Source: Oceanispirochaeta sp.
GTDB taxonomy: Bacteria; Spirochaetota; Spirochaetia; DSM-2461
Length of the DNA: 64,000 nt
Direction of reading: 5' to 3'
NCBI GenBank assembly: GCA_963663385.2
Contig: CAXXXD010000003.1
Coordinates: 96,001 to 160,000, forward strand
The position numbers were made by a program, and so were the translations under genes. The first letter of the stretch is position 1. Each line of letters opens with the position of its first letter. Below, piece by piece: positions 9,722-19,572 of this stretch. The notes beneath the pieces were generated by a model. The model saw nothing but the letters and a program-made list of their open reading frames with translations. It had not been told where the DNA came from and did no database searches.

Positions 9722-10409
9722 CGTGGGTTACTCCGGTAAAACGGAATCCGAATCCCCTGACCGCTTCAATCCATTCGGGACTGTTCAGTTTGTTCCGGAT
9801 ATTTTTTATATGGGAATCGATAGTTTTCAGGCTTTTTTCATCCGAGAGATACCAGAGGGATTTCTGAATCTGTTCCCTGGAGAGTATGGCTCCGTCATGG
9901 GAAATCAGGCTGTTTAAAATCTCCCACTCCGTAGGGGTCAGTTTAACAGGTTCATTATTAAGCTTTACCTTGTGATTGTCCGTATTTATTTCCAGCAGGT
10001 CATTATTCAATTGCCAGACAGGATTTCCGTTGTTCTGGACTGTATCGCAGGAATTCCGTTTCAGAATGCCCTGAACTCTCAGAATCATCTCCTTAAGGGA
10101 AAAAGGCTTCACTATATAGTCCGCCGCTCCCAGTTCCAGCCCGATTATCCGATCGGACTCCTCATTTTTACTGGTAAGAAAGAGGAAGGGAACTGTTCTT
10201 TTTGAGAAAATCTTCCTGGCAAAGATAAATCCGTTTCCATCCGGCAGGGTTACATCTATTATGGCCAGATCGGGCATCTCCTTTTCCAGGGCTGTTTCTG
10301 CATCCTTGATGGTCGGGCAGGATGTGACCTTGTAATCATTGAGTATCAGGTAGTTTTCCACCGCTTCCCGGATGGAGGCAGAGTCTTCAATTAGCAGAAT
10401 CGTATACAT
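9714..10409 (-). CDS. OmpR/PhoB family response regulator
   Basis: Receiver (IED, D-VTLP, KPF) plus winged helix (LTPTE, DSHIKNIR, VRGFGF). Confidence 0.93.
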   Translation of the reverse strand: MYTILLIEDSASIREAVENYLILNDYKVTSCPTIKDAETALEKEMPDLAIIDVTLPDGNGFIFARKIFSKRTVPFLFLTSKNEESDRIIGLELGAADYIVKPFSLKEMILRVQGILKRNSCDTVQNNGNPVWQLNNDLLEINTDNHKVKLNNEPVKLTPTEWEILNSLISHDGAILSREQIQKSLWYLSDEKSLKTIDSHIKNIRNKLNSPEWIEAVRGFGFRFTGVTHDA

Positions 10410-10480
10410 GCCTAGTATTCTCTTCCAGATTCAGTTGATGATCAATCAGTTGGGCTGTTATGTTCCTGTATCGTTCATGT

Positions 10481-10499
10481 TTTTACAAAGATTTTACAA
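10481..10499 (-). promoter_or_regulatory. OmpR-family-like tandem binding site upstream of the response regulator
   Basis: TTTTACAA repeated with 11-bp period (minus strand TTGTAAAATCTTTGTAAAA), similar to CpxR-type GTAAA repeats. Confidence 0.5.
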
Positions 10500-10526
10500 T
10501 TAAATACATCTAATGCGACCTGATCG

Positions 10527-10561
10527 AAAAAACCGCCCCGATAATTACATCGGGACGGTTT
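10527..10561 (-). terminator. rho-independent terminator after porin-like gene
   Basis: Imperfect stem AAACCGcCCCGAT/ATCGGGACGGTTT with A-run giving poly-U on the minus strand. Confidence 0.6.
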
Positions 10562-10589
10562 GCTATAGAATTAGATTATACTGTTCAAA

Positions 10590-11741
10590 TTAGAAAGAAG
10601 CTTTTACGTACATATAAACGTTGCCGGCTCTCTCGCCATCGTCATCAGTGAACTTACCGCAGTAACCCCAGTTATCGGATTCAAGGGTATAACCTGCGCC
10701 GTAGGTTACGTTGTCGATATAGAGTTCAGCACCGACTTCGTAGAAAACTACGTCTTCAAAGTCGTCATCACCGGCATCCAGTACAGAACCTACCGCACCG
10801 TTAACAGCTACCATTTCGGAAAGGGCATACTGAGCGTTTACAGCGGCCACTGTTTCTTCGGCAAAATCTCCCCATTCATCGCTGTCGGAATCACTGCTCC
10901 AGACACCGACACCGGCGGTAAGAGCATCATAGGTATAAACTACAGAACCACCGAAGTGAGTAATATATTCAGTTTCAGTATCAGTATCCCAGCTGGCATA
11001 CTCAAAACCGGCACCTACAGTCAGACCTTCCATAGCTGCAACAGCCGCATTGGCACCGAATATGTAGGGGTCGTCTGCATCAGCAGGAACATATTTTGAA
11101 TAGTCCCAGCTCCCTGTTGTAAAATTGTTCAGGTAGTACGCGGAAAGGTCTACCATGTCGGCGAAATTTCCGTAGAAGTTGGCACCAATCGCCTGATCTT
11201 CGTACATTACGAGGTCCAGATTCATGGTTTCGGCAAATCCGAAGCTGGCTTTGGTCATAAGAGTTCCGGGATCCAGTTCTCCGTCTCTGTCGAAGTCACA
11301 ATAGGTCAGGTCATTGTATTCAACAGGATCAAAATCGCTGATTCCGAAAGTAACAGCCAGAGAAACAGGTCCGTTTACACCAAGCGCTCCGGTTACATCC
11401 TGAGTCAAAGTTACTTTGTTCATGTTAACGGGTGTATCAGCAGATCCGTTTTTCTCACCATATACTGCGTCGCCATTCTCATCATAACCTAATACTTCGC
11501 GGTCAGTTACAAAGGGGCCGCTCAAATCTGTTTCAGCTTCAAATTCGGCGCTGACGGAAGTGTATTCTCCCACAGTTGCTCCCAGGTCCAGCACAACATC
11601 GTTAGTATCAATGGCTTCGGCATAATCGTCAGCATTGAACATCCAGTAGTAGTTGACTTCTCCGGAGGCAGTAACTTCAGCAAAAGCAGGTGCCGCCAGA
11701 ACCATAAATGAAGCAAGTAAAACTAAAATTGTCTTTTTCAT
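10590..11741 (-). CDS. outer-membrane beta-barrel/porin-like protein
   Basis: Cleavable signal peptide (…AAPAFA), alternating amphipathic strands, acidic composition, C-terminal YMYVKASF beta-signal. Confidence 0.75.
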   Translation of the reverse strand: MKKTILVLLASFMVLAAPAFAEVTASGEVNYYWMFNADDYAEAIDTNDVVLDLGATVGEYTSVSAEFEAETDLSGPFVTDREVLGYDENGDAVYGEKNGSADTPVNMNKVTLTQDVTGALGVNGPVSLAVTFGISDFDPVEYNDLTYCDFDRDGELDPGTLMTKASFGFAETMNLDLVMYEDQAIGANFYGNFADMVDLSAYYLNNFTTGSWDYSKYVPADADDPYIFGANAAVAAMEGLTVGAGFEYASWDTDTETEYITHFGGSVVYTYDALTAGVGVWSSDSDSDEWGDFAEETVAAVNAQYALSEMVAVNGAVGSVLDAGDDDFEDVVFYEVGAELYIDNVTYGAGYTLESDNWGYCGKFTDDDGERAGNVYMYVKASF

Positions 11742-11877
11742 ATGGTATCTCCATAGTTTTATTTTTGCAGGGGCATCCCTGCTTTATGGAAATAATAGTA
11801 GGTCGGTCCATAGGATACCGTATGAAGCGAATATAGGAATCTATTTTACGAATATGAAGAGACATTGCAGGATGAGT

Positions 11878-13410
11878 TCAGATCCTCTTCACAGTCCTCT
11901 CCTTCAGTCTTTCCGCCAGTTCGGATTCGGTCTGTTCCAGGAATTCAATAACCGTTTTTTCCACGGTTCGGCCGGTATGGTTCAGAATCTCCGCGGCAAT
12001 ACGGGTTCCGTCCCTGTCTTTTTCCAGGTCCGTTCCCATCTGCTCCAGTTTTAATAGCAGATTCTTTTTAATCAGCATAAGGGTTTTCGGTGCGATCCTA
12101 TCGGTCTGGCTGATTCGCTGCATTAATTCCACCTGTTTCTCCGCAGGGAACATTTCAAAAAGTCTTACGGCGGGAACAGTGTCGAGTCTTGACAGGATCA
12201 GGGCTGATAATTGTAATAAATCATCCTGAAGGATGAGATAGAGATTGGGGATCTGATCTATACCTATAGCATCCAGCCCTGTAAGTTCCTGCGAGACAGG
12301 TTTATTCCCGGGCTGTCCCAGAAGAAGCTGATTATTCAGATAATCCTGGCCGTCCTTCAGCAGATCGATTTTTTGCATGAAAAGGTCATTTGTCCTATCC
12401 AGTTTCGCTGCCAGCCTTGTCAGCTCTTCTGTCAGTTTATCAGGCCGGTCCATTTTCTTTTTCAGTACTGTATCCCGGTTGACTAACCGCTTGAACTGTT
12501 CCGGGATACTCAGTAGAAGGCACCCTTTTGCTTTTTTAAACTTTCCATTCAGAAGGGGCGTTCCTCCCATCCTTATATAGGCATCTCCCGTTTTAAAGGA
12601 TTTAAGGGGCAGAAGGCTTCCTTTTTTCAGCCGGCCCAGAGTTTTCAGATTTACAGGACCGGCTTCATGAACCAGCACTGTGTCCAGATTGAGAGAAAGT
12701 GTCTTTTCTGCCATTTCCGCTGTGCCAGTCTTCTCCAAATTATTATACCAGCGCCGGGAAAGTTTATGCATTATGGGTTCCAGAGTCAGGTAGGGCAGGC
12801 AGAATGTAAGATGTCCTCTGCATTCTCCCATTTCGATATCCAGGGTTACGGTAACAACCATCTCCGAAGGGGGGACAATCTGCATAAAAAGGGGATTCTG
12901 CTCCATTCCTCCCATCTCGGGAGTCATGTCGAAGATACTTTTCCATGACTCCTTCAGGCTCATTATAAGCCGGCAGAACAGCTCCCGAACCAATTCGTAA
13001 CCTATGGCGCTAAGTTCCCTGTTGAAATTCTGTTCGGTACCTTTTCCTCCCAGAAGACGGTCGCAGAAGGCCGTGGTAATCTCCGGACTGAGCTCCATCA
13101 TGGTTGAACAGATAAGAGGTTTATAATTAACAAGGCCCATAATGGTCGGGCTTTCCAGAGAGGAGATAAAATCACCGAAGTTTACCTGGTCTACAGAATT
13201 TAAATGAACTTTTACCTGTTCCCGCATCCGGGCGGACAGCACAACTTCGCCAAGGCGGCTAAAGGTTTCATAAACAACGGCTATTGTCCGAATCTGTTCT
13301 TTCGAGAGTTTATCCGGCCGGCGGAAATCGTAATACGCCAGCCTGCATTCCCTGTCTTTCCGGTTTGTCCGCGGAAGCAGTTCTGAGGTCCTGATTACAG
13401 ACTGTTTCAT
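11878..13410 (-). CDS. fliM: FliM paralog fused to a FliG middle domain
   Basis: YDFRRPDKLSKEQIR, NPLFMQIVPPSEMV, CLPYLTLEPI (FliM); SpoA-like segment; C-terminal ALILSRL...RISQTD...AAEILN...ELAERLK (FliG-M); ATG overlaps fliN stop (TGATG). Confidence 0.8.
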   Translation of the reverse strand: MKQSVIRTSELLPRTNRKDRECRLAYYDFRRPDKLSKEQIRTIAVVYETFSRLGEVVLSARMREQVKVHLNSVDQVNFGDFISSLESPTIMGLVNYKPLICSTMMELSPEITTAFCDRLLGGKGTEQNFNRELSAIGYELVRELFCRLIMSLKESWKSIFDMTPEMGGMEQNPLFMQIVPPSEMVVTVTLDIEMGECRGHLTFCLPYLTLEPIMHKLSRRWYNNLEKTGTAEMAEKTLSLNLDTVLVHEAGPVNLKTLGRLKKGSLLPLKSFKTGDAYIRMGGTPLLNGKFKKAKGCLLLSIPEQFKRLVNRDTVLKKKMDRPDKLTEELTRLAAKLDRTNDLFMQKIDLLKDGQDYLNNQLLLGQPGNKPVSQELTGLDAIGIDQIPNLYLILQDDLLQLSALILSRLDTVPAVRLFEMFPAEKQVELMQRISQTDRIAPKTLMLIKKNLLLKLEQMGTDLEKDRDGTRIAAEILNHTGRTVEKTVIEFLEQTESELAERLKERTVKRI

Positions 13411-13652
13411 CACTGCCCCCTTTCATTGTAAATTTCAGTAATTCGCAAGCCGTAGTGTTCGTCAATAATGACGACCTCTCCCCGGGCAACTTTTTCGCCT
13501 GCTGCAATCAGATCTACCGGTTCTCCCGCTATCCTGCTTAGTTCTATAATGCTGCCTTCTCCCATGGAGGACAGATCTTCCAGACTGAGATTGTTGTCAC
13601 CCAATACAACCTGTACGGGAATTTTAACTTCACTGACCTTTCCCAATTTCAT
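13410..13652 (-). CDS. fliN: flagellar motor switch protein FliN (short form)
   Basis: GSIIELSRIAGEPVD, ARGEVVIIDEHYGLRITEI SpoA motif. Confidence 0.88.
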   Translation of the reverse strand: MKLGKVSEVKIPVQVVLGDNNLSLEDLSSMGEGSIIELSRIAGEPVDLIAAGEKVARGEVVIIDEHYGLRITEIYNERGQ

Positions 13653-13663
13653 AACAACTCCCT

Positions 13664-13915
13664 TTAACCTTTATGAATTTCCTGCACTTTGAAATAATAC
13701 CTTCCCCATCTGCGGATGATTCGGCCTCTGGCAACAGGCATTCCGTTGGTTTCAAGCAATACATTCTTTCTTCCCTTGCCGGGAAAGGAGAGTTCTCCCG
13801 AAGCAAGGGCTTTATCCAGTTTTTCAGGGCTGAAATGTTTCCGGCTCAGGACCAGATCCGTCCGCACGAAGAGTTTCTCCGCCAGCACAGAATCTTTCAG
13901 AAATGTTTTCAGCAT
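13664..13915 (-). CDS. small degenerate SpoA/FliN-like protein
   Basis: LETNGMPVARGRII...YYFKVQEI resembles the FliN C-terminus; AGGAG RBS; co-oriented with fliN. Confidence 0.6.
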   Translation of the reverse strand: MLKTFLKDSVLAEKLFVRTDLVLSRKHFSPEKLDKALASGELSFPGKGRKNVLLETNGMPVARGRIIRRWGRYYFKVQEIHKG

Positions 13916-14014
13916 ATCAGGACTCCTTAATGATTATTCGGAAAAGGGTAATATTCCCGGAGCTTGCTCCGTGATAATCCGATTATAATGTCGCAGAAAG
14001 CGACGACTTTGCCG

Positions 14015-14052
14015 AACAAGAATCTCCGTCCCCCGGGACGGAGATTCTTGTT
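14015..14052. other. perfect 18-bp inverted repeat in a divergent intergenic region
   Basis: AACAAGAATCTCCGTCCC-cc-GGGACGGAGATTCTTGTT. Confidence 0.8.
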
Positions 14053-14385
14053 ATCCTACGCCGTATTCGAAAATATAAGAAAAATGGCGGAGGATTGTTC
14101 ATTATTAGACAGTATAAGTCAGAAAACCGGGCGATTCTTATACTATTTTGCAGATAGTTTCTGACAATTCCGGAACCCGGGCCTGTCCGGGGCTATACAT
14201 AAAACCGGGAACATGTTATCTTCACTTCTCATCTCGTTGAATTTCCGGTTAACAACTCATTTCTATAAATCACCTGGACTGGAGCAGATAACTACTGCGG
14301 GCTGATTTGGTAAACCTCACCTGAAACTCAGGATATCCTGGGATAGCGAGGTATGCCTTTATCTACATCATGACAGGAGATAATC

Positions 14386-15666
14386 ATGAATTTTAATAAA
14401 CTGGGCCTTTGCCCGGAGATCCTCGAAGCGGTTGAAGCGAGAGGCTATCAGAATATGACCCCCATCCAGGCTCAGGCCATCCCCGCCATTCTGCAGGGAA
14501 AGGATGTACTGGGAGGTGCACAGACCGGTACGGGCAAAACCGCCGCTTTCGCTCTTCCCATACTGGAAATGCTGGATGCCGCTCCTGTTTCCCGTGGAAG
14601 GCGAAAGCCCAGAGCCCTCATCCTGACTCCCACCAGAGAACTGGCTGATCAGGTGGGCGAGAGCTTCAGGGTATACGGGAAATACCTCTCCCTGCGCAGT
14701 GCCGCCATATACGGCGGGGTCAGTATCAATCCCCAGATTTCCGTTCTTAAAAAAGGTATGGATATTGTTATTGCCACCCCCGGACGGCTTCTGGACCACC
14801 TTGACCAGAAGACCATAAACCTTTCCGAAATCGAGATTCTGGTTCTGGACGAAGCGGACCGAATGCTGGATATGGGATTTATACGCGATATACAGCGTAT
14901 CCTTAAATTCCTGCCTCCGGAGAGGCAGAACCTGATGTTTTCCGCCACCTACGAAAAGGAAATCAGAAAACTGGCGGGCAGTCTGTTAAATGACCCCGTC
15001 TCGGTAGAGGTGGCCAAACGGAATACAGCCGCAGAAATGGTGGAACAGAAGGTTCATCATATAGACAAAACCCAGAAACGCCATCTTCTGGCTCATTTGA
15101 TCAAAACCGGAGGCTGGTATCAGGTCCTGGTTTTTGTCCGGACAAAGCATGGAGCCAACCGCCTGGCCAAACAGCTCTTAAAAGAAAATATTCCCTCAGC
15201 CGCCATTCACGGCGATAAAAGTCAGGGAGCCAGAACCCGGGCGCTCACTCAGTTCAAACAGGGCGATCTTCAGGCTCTGATTGCAACAGATGTGGCTGCC
15301 CGGGGGATACACCTGGAAGAGCTGAGCCATGTTGTAAACTTCGATCTGCCTCAGGTTCCAGAAGACTATGTTCATAGGATAGGACGGACCGGTAGGGCCG
15401 GAAAATCCGGTACGGCTATCTCATTTGTTTCTCCCGACGAGATAAAACAGATACAGAGGATTGAAAAACTGTTGAAAAACCGGATCCCCCTGGAAGATGT
15501 AAAAGGATTCATCCCTGTGGAAGTTGACACCCAGCACCGGAACAGTAACGATTCCCGGAGCAGATATTCCGGATCTTCCGGTGAAGGATTAAACCGGCGG
15601 GATGCAGGTACAGCCGCGGGTAATTATCGGAATCACCGCAGAAAGGGAAGAAAAAAAACAGCCTAA
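14386..15666 (+). CDS. rhlE: DEAD-box RNA helicase (RhlE-like)
   Basis: Q motif, [36 protein letters not shown], basic C-terminal tail. Confidence 0.93.
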   Translation: MNFNKLGLCPEILEAVEARGYQNMTPIQAQAIPAILQGKDVLGGAQTGTGKTAAFALPILEMLDAAPVSRGRRKPRALILTPTRELADQVGESFRVYGKYLSLRSAAIYGGVSINPQISVLKKGMDIVIATPGRLLDHLDQKTINLSEIEILVLDEADRMLDMGFIRDIQRILKFLPPERQNLMFSATYEKEIRKLAGSLLNDPVSVEVAKRNTAAEMVEQKVHHIDKTQKRHLLAHLIKTGGWYQVLVFVRTKHGANRLAKQLLKENIPSAAIHGDKSQGARTRALTQFKQGDLQALIATDVAARGIHLEELSHVVNFDLPQVPEDYVHRIGRTGRAGKSGTAISFVSPDEIKQIQRIEKLLKNRIPLEDVKGFIPVEVDTQHRNSNDSRSRYSGSSGEGLNRRDAGTAAGNYRNHRRKGRKKTA

Positions 15667-17063
15667 TGGCTGAAGTGGCAGTTTTTGCCCCTGTCTTTTG
15701 CCCTGTAGAGGGCTTCATCTGCCAGAGCGATAACCTTTTCCAGGTTCAGGTTCCCCCTGGGAACACGGGTTGCCATGCCGATTGAGACGGTTTGCTGCAT
15801 CTTCAGCTCCGGTATTTTCATCTCCCTGATCTGTATAAGAATCCTGTCGGCTATACTCCGGGCGGTCTGAAGGTCTGTCTGGGGAAGGAGGATGCAGAAT
15901 TCCTCCCCCCCGTACCGGCAGAGCATATCGGATTTCCGGATGCCCTCCTGGAAGATCCGGGCTGATTCCTTCAGTACTGCATCTCCCGTTTCATGTCCGT
16001 ACTGGTCATTAACCTGCTTAAAATCATCCAGATCCAGCATCATTACTGTAAGCGGCCAGTCATAGCGTCCGGCCTGGTGAACCAGGTGTATGCCATTCTC
16101 ATAAAACCACCGGCGGTTATGGACACCTGTCAGGGGATCGATTGTGGCCATCTTATATATCTGTTCATGCTGCCTTGCATTGTTTATGGCAATGGCTATA
16201 AAATCAGCGAATCCTGCTGCCTGCCGCAGATGGTCTTCCTCAAATCGGCCGGGGCCTGCCAGGTTGCAGGATATAAGCCCCAGAGTCTTCTCTTTCAGTA
16301 TCAGGGGAACTCCAATCCAGGAGCTGATCTCCTGATGAAGGCAGGCGGCCTCCATGTGGGATCTCACCGTTAAATCATGAACAAGCTGAGCTTTCCCTTC
16401 TGTAATGACCCGGCCGTTCGGGGTTTCTGAATCAGCCGAAATAACGGGAGGAGCAATATCTCCCCATCCCCTGGTTCCGATACAGTGAAGGTCATTCCCC
16501 TTCAGCAGCTGAACAGAGGCAAGAGTATAGGGAACAACCTTGCCGACCTGCTCCAGAATAATCTCTACGCTCTGTTTCAAATCCAGTACGGATGTTACCG
16601 CTTTCCCTGCTGCCTGAAGGGTCTCCAGTTCGAGGGTTTTCTTACGGGATTCCCGGAGCGCTTCGGAAAGCTTCTGTTCAGACTCTTTTAACGCTGTAAT
16701 GTCTCGGTCTGATCCCAGAAAAAGAGCCGGATTGCCGAATTTACCACGGGAAAGGAATATCCCGGAATTGTAGATCCATCTATACTCTCCCTTCACAGTT
16801 CTAACCCGGTAGATGACATCGAATTTATCTGTTTCATTGGCTATGATGCTGCTCATGGCATCTTCGGCTTTCTCCCTGTCATCAGGGTGCAGAAGGTTTA
16901 GCCAGTTTCTATCCGCCATATCCTCTTCGGTATAGCCGAAGTTTTTCCAGAGTTCATTGGCGAAGGATTCTCCTGTTTCGTAGTTGTGAAGAAAGATGCC
17001 TAGTTTGGCCAGTACTGTCTGAAACTCCCTGATCGGGATATCTCCTGAAGCTTCTAAGGGCAT
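15663..17063 (-). CDS. PAS-GAF-GGDEF diguanylate cyclase
   Basis: PAS (LHPDD, GEYRW), [23 protein letters not shown]-site, GGEEF. Confidence 0.92.
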   Translation of the reverse strand: MPLEASGDIPIREFQTVLAKLGIFLHNYETGESFANELWKNFGYTEEDMADRNWLNLLHPDDREKAEDAMSSIIANETDKFDVIYRVRTVKGEYRWIYNSGIFLSRGKFGNPALFLGSDRDITALKESEQKLSEALRESRKKTLELETLQAAGKAVTSVLDLKQSVEIILEQVGKVVPYTLASVQLLKGNDLHCIGTRGWGDIAPPVISADSETPNGRVITEGKAQLVHDLTVRSHMEAACLHQEISSWIGVPLILKEKTLGLISCNLAGPGRFEEDHLRQAAGFADFIAIAINNARQHEQIYKMATIDPLTGVHNRRWFYENGIHLVHQAGRYDWPLTVMMLDLDDFKQVNDQYGHETGDAVLKESARIFQEGIRKSDMLCRYGGEEFCILLPQTDLQTARSIADRILIQIREMKIPELKMQQTVSIGMATRVPRGNLNLEKVIALADEALYRAKDRGKNCHFSH

Positions 17064-17144
17064 GGATCTTCTCCTTATAATAGTTGAATCCTTATTGAAT
17101 AATCATAGTTAATTCCAGCGGTTAAGTAAATCGAGGGGGCGGTA

Positions 17145-19373
17145 TCAGTCGAATTTCCCCGCGATATCCCGGTCTATTACGTACATGCACACCTCTTTCG
17201 CCCCGTTTTCCGTATACTTGTAGCGGCTCATGAGTTTATGGATCAGAAAAGTGACATCCTTACGGATTTTCTTGTCATGGCTTTCAAAGTTTTTTGTCCC
17301 GTACTCTTTAACAGCATTGCGGAAGCTGTCGCTCTCCTTGAAAGGTTCCAGCGCTCCGGACTTCAGGTTGCGACTGTACATTTCCAGCAGATCCCTGTAG
17401 AGAACGGTCTGGCTCAGTTTCTTTTTCTCCACCTGAATCTCGGCAGCAGTAGAAGAAATATACCGTTGCTGGATCTCGTTGCGAAAAATTTTCCTTTTTT
17501 TATCGTCCGGCTTCCCTTCAATCAGAAAATCCTCAATGCTGTGAAGAAAATCCTCGCTCACCTCTACAATCTGATTGGTATAACTGTTCTTTTCCACTGC
17601 GCCGATATCAAAGTTCATACTGAATATGTAGTTCTGAATATCCTTTGATATCCTGTTCCGGTTGTAGAAGTAGAGACACTCCTTAACCTGCTGGAGTATG
17701 GTGTAGTCATAGGAATCCACAAGGGATTCCAGGAATTTCTCCGGGATCCTCTCCTTGATATCCTCATTTTTATTGAAAAAATCAAGGAGCATCTGCATAT
17801 TTATCAATTTTTCGCTTTTGGAATGGTAGAAAAAGAAATCATGGAACAGGCGGATGGACTCCCGTCCTGTGATCCCCTGAAAACCCTCGTTTTCCCCTTC
17901 CGAGAGAATCTTCCGGCGGATGGCTGCTTTAAAAGTCCGCCGGTCCTCATCCTTAATCCACTCCGGGATGATCCCCGCATAGATGTACATCTTAAGCAGC
18001 AGGAGCTGGGGGTCGCAGAACTGGCTGTATTTACTTGTGTCCCCGATCCATTCGTGAAGGGCCGGAGATTCCCGGTTCAGGCGGGAGGCTATAATCACCC
18101 TGGCAAAATCTTCCAGAATCTGGGGAAGGAAACGGTTTTTTATCCTTAATCCAAGAATATTGCAGTAGATCTGCACTTCCGTCTTATAATCCAGAACATA
18201 GGGCATCTTGATATAGATAATACGGTCCTTCAGGGCCTGGTTATCCTCCATAAACTTTTTGTCCTGCGGATTGATCAGACCCAAATAGAGGGTTTTGATA
18301 TTTTCCTCGATGGATTCCACCTTATGAATCCCGTCGCTGACAATGCCGTGAAGATCCAGCAGCCTGTTTTTATTATGCTGTTTTACATCCATTACCACAT
18401 AGATGCCGTTATTGGTCCGGGCATGTTCCGAGTGAATAACCCTTATAAGGTTAGAGTCTCCGAAAAGCTCATCCAGGGCCTGCTGAACCGCAGGATTGGC
18501 CACTGGTTTGTTTAAAATCACATCCCCCGGATTAAAGACGGAAATTCCCTCTCCCAGACGGCGGCTGTAGGGCATCCTGCGGGGATGAATCATATTGATT
18601 ACATCTTTGGGGGAGCCCGTATGATCAATCAGGGCCTTGTAGAGAGAGGTGCATACGGTACAGGGTTCGTCTTTAAAAATCCATTTATACTTTTTTTCTG
18701 TAAAAAGTTTTATTTTAAAATCTTCATCGTCAATCAGATTGTACAGAAACTCTTTTCTCTGCTCTTTCGGTATCTGGAGAATCGGCGGGTCGTGGTTCGG
18801 ACAGTTTAAAACTACCGCATCGTGGGAGAGAAGGGGCCGTATCTGCAAATTATTGTTTTGCTGCATCTCCTTGAGAAAACGCATCTGTTCCGGAAACAGG
18901 GATTTTTCAATCCGCCAGGTCGTATCGTAAATTTCACCTTCATCGGTTTTCATATAGGATTCGAAACGGTCCAGAAAATTCTTTAAAAAAGTGCTCTTGC
19001 CGCTCCCCGGAGGGCCTTCAAATATATAGATTTTGTTCCGGTCCACCACCTGGTCGAAGGAGTTGATAAGAGCCATAAACCGGTTTCCGAAGAGGCGGTC
19101 CGCAAAGTAGGGGGATTCGCTTTCCCTGATAAAAAGGTCTGTAAAATTGTAGGCCATGTAGCTGACGGTTTCCGGGTCATCAGGGAACTCATCCACTCCC
19201 GGAGGAACATAGTAGAGAACCATATCGTGAACCAGCTGAAAAATATCCCGCAGAAGCGTCCTGGGCCGGTCCTTCAGTTTTTCCAGATAGTCGGAAAAGG
19301 ATATTTTAACCAGCTGCTTCTCCCTGCTGAGATTCCGGTACAGTTCATTCAGGTTTTCCTCTACTCCGGCCAT
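17145..19373 (-). CDS. PrkA/YeaG family AAA+ protein (second, divergent paralog)
   Basis: GPPGSGKST Walker A, CPNHDPP, PYVLDY, EGFQGITGR, YTENGAKEV; ATG 19373 after GGAGG. Confidence 0.82.
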   Translation of the reverse strand: MAGVEENLNELYRNLSREKQLVKISFSDYLEKLKDRPRTLLRDIFQLVHDMVLYYVPPGVDEFPDDPETVSYMAYNFTDLFIRESESPYFADRLFGNRFMALINSFDQVVDRNKIYIFEGPPGSGKSTFLKNFLDRFESYMKTDEGEIYDTTWRIEKSLFPEQMRFLKEMQQNNNLQIRPLLSHDAVVLNCPNHDPPILQIPKEQRKEFLYNLIDDEDFKIKLFTEKKYKWIFKDEPCTVCTSLYKALIDHTGSPKDVINMIHPRRMPYSRRLGEGISVFNPGDVILNKPVANPAVQQALDELFGDSNLIRVIHSEHARTNNGIYVVMDVKQHNKNRLLDLHGIVSDGIHKVESIEENIKTLYLGLINPQDKKFMEDNQALKDRIIYIKMPYVLDYKTEVQIYCNILGLRIKNRFLPQILEDFARVIIASRLNRESPALHEWIGDTSKYSQFCDPQLLLLKMYIYAGIIPEWIKDEDRRTFKAAIRRKILSEGENEGFQGITGRESIRLFHDFFFYHSKSEKLINMQMLLDFFNKNEDIKERIPEKFLESLVDSYDYTILQQVKECLYFYNRNRISKDIQNYIFSMNFDIGAVEKNSYTNQIVEVSEDFLHSIEDFLIEGKPDDKKRKIFRNEIQQRYISSTAAEIQVEKKKLSQTVLYRDLLEMYSRNLKSGALEPFKESDSFRNAVKEYGTKNFESHDKKIRKDVTFLIHKLMSRYKYTENGAKEVCMYVIDRDIAGKFD

Positions 19374-19405
19374 TTTGACCTCCCTCACTCCTTAATCGTC
19401 CTCGG

Positions 19406-19567
19406 CCTCCCCATTATCCCCTCAATGGGAGGGGAACCGAATTGACGTCTCCCCTTTGGGGAGATTGAGAGGGGCTCGGATGGTTAACCCTCACCCCTTA
19501 ATCCCCCTGGTCGTAAACTACGTTTACTGCTCTGGCATGCATCCGGCCTCTCCCAGAGGGAGAGGGG
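19406..19567. repeat. cluster of BoxC/REP-like GC-rich palindromes
   Basis: Hairpins CCTCCCCATT...AATGGGAGG, TCTCCCC-ttt-GGGGAGA and CCTCTCCC-aga-GGGAGAGG preceded by CCCTCACCCC. Confidence 0.6.
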
Positions 19568-19572
19568 GTTTT

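Noticed and set aside
13985..14015. c-di-GMP-I riboswitch upstream of the fli operon (GGCAAA on the minus strand)
   Set aside because: The GNRA-capped P2 stem and following GACGCAAAG-type element are missing
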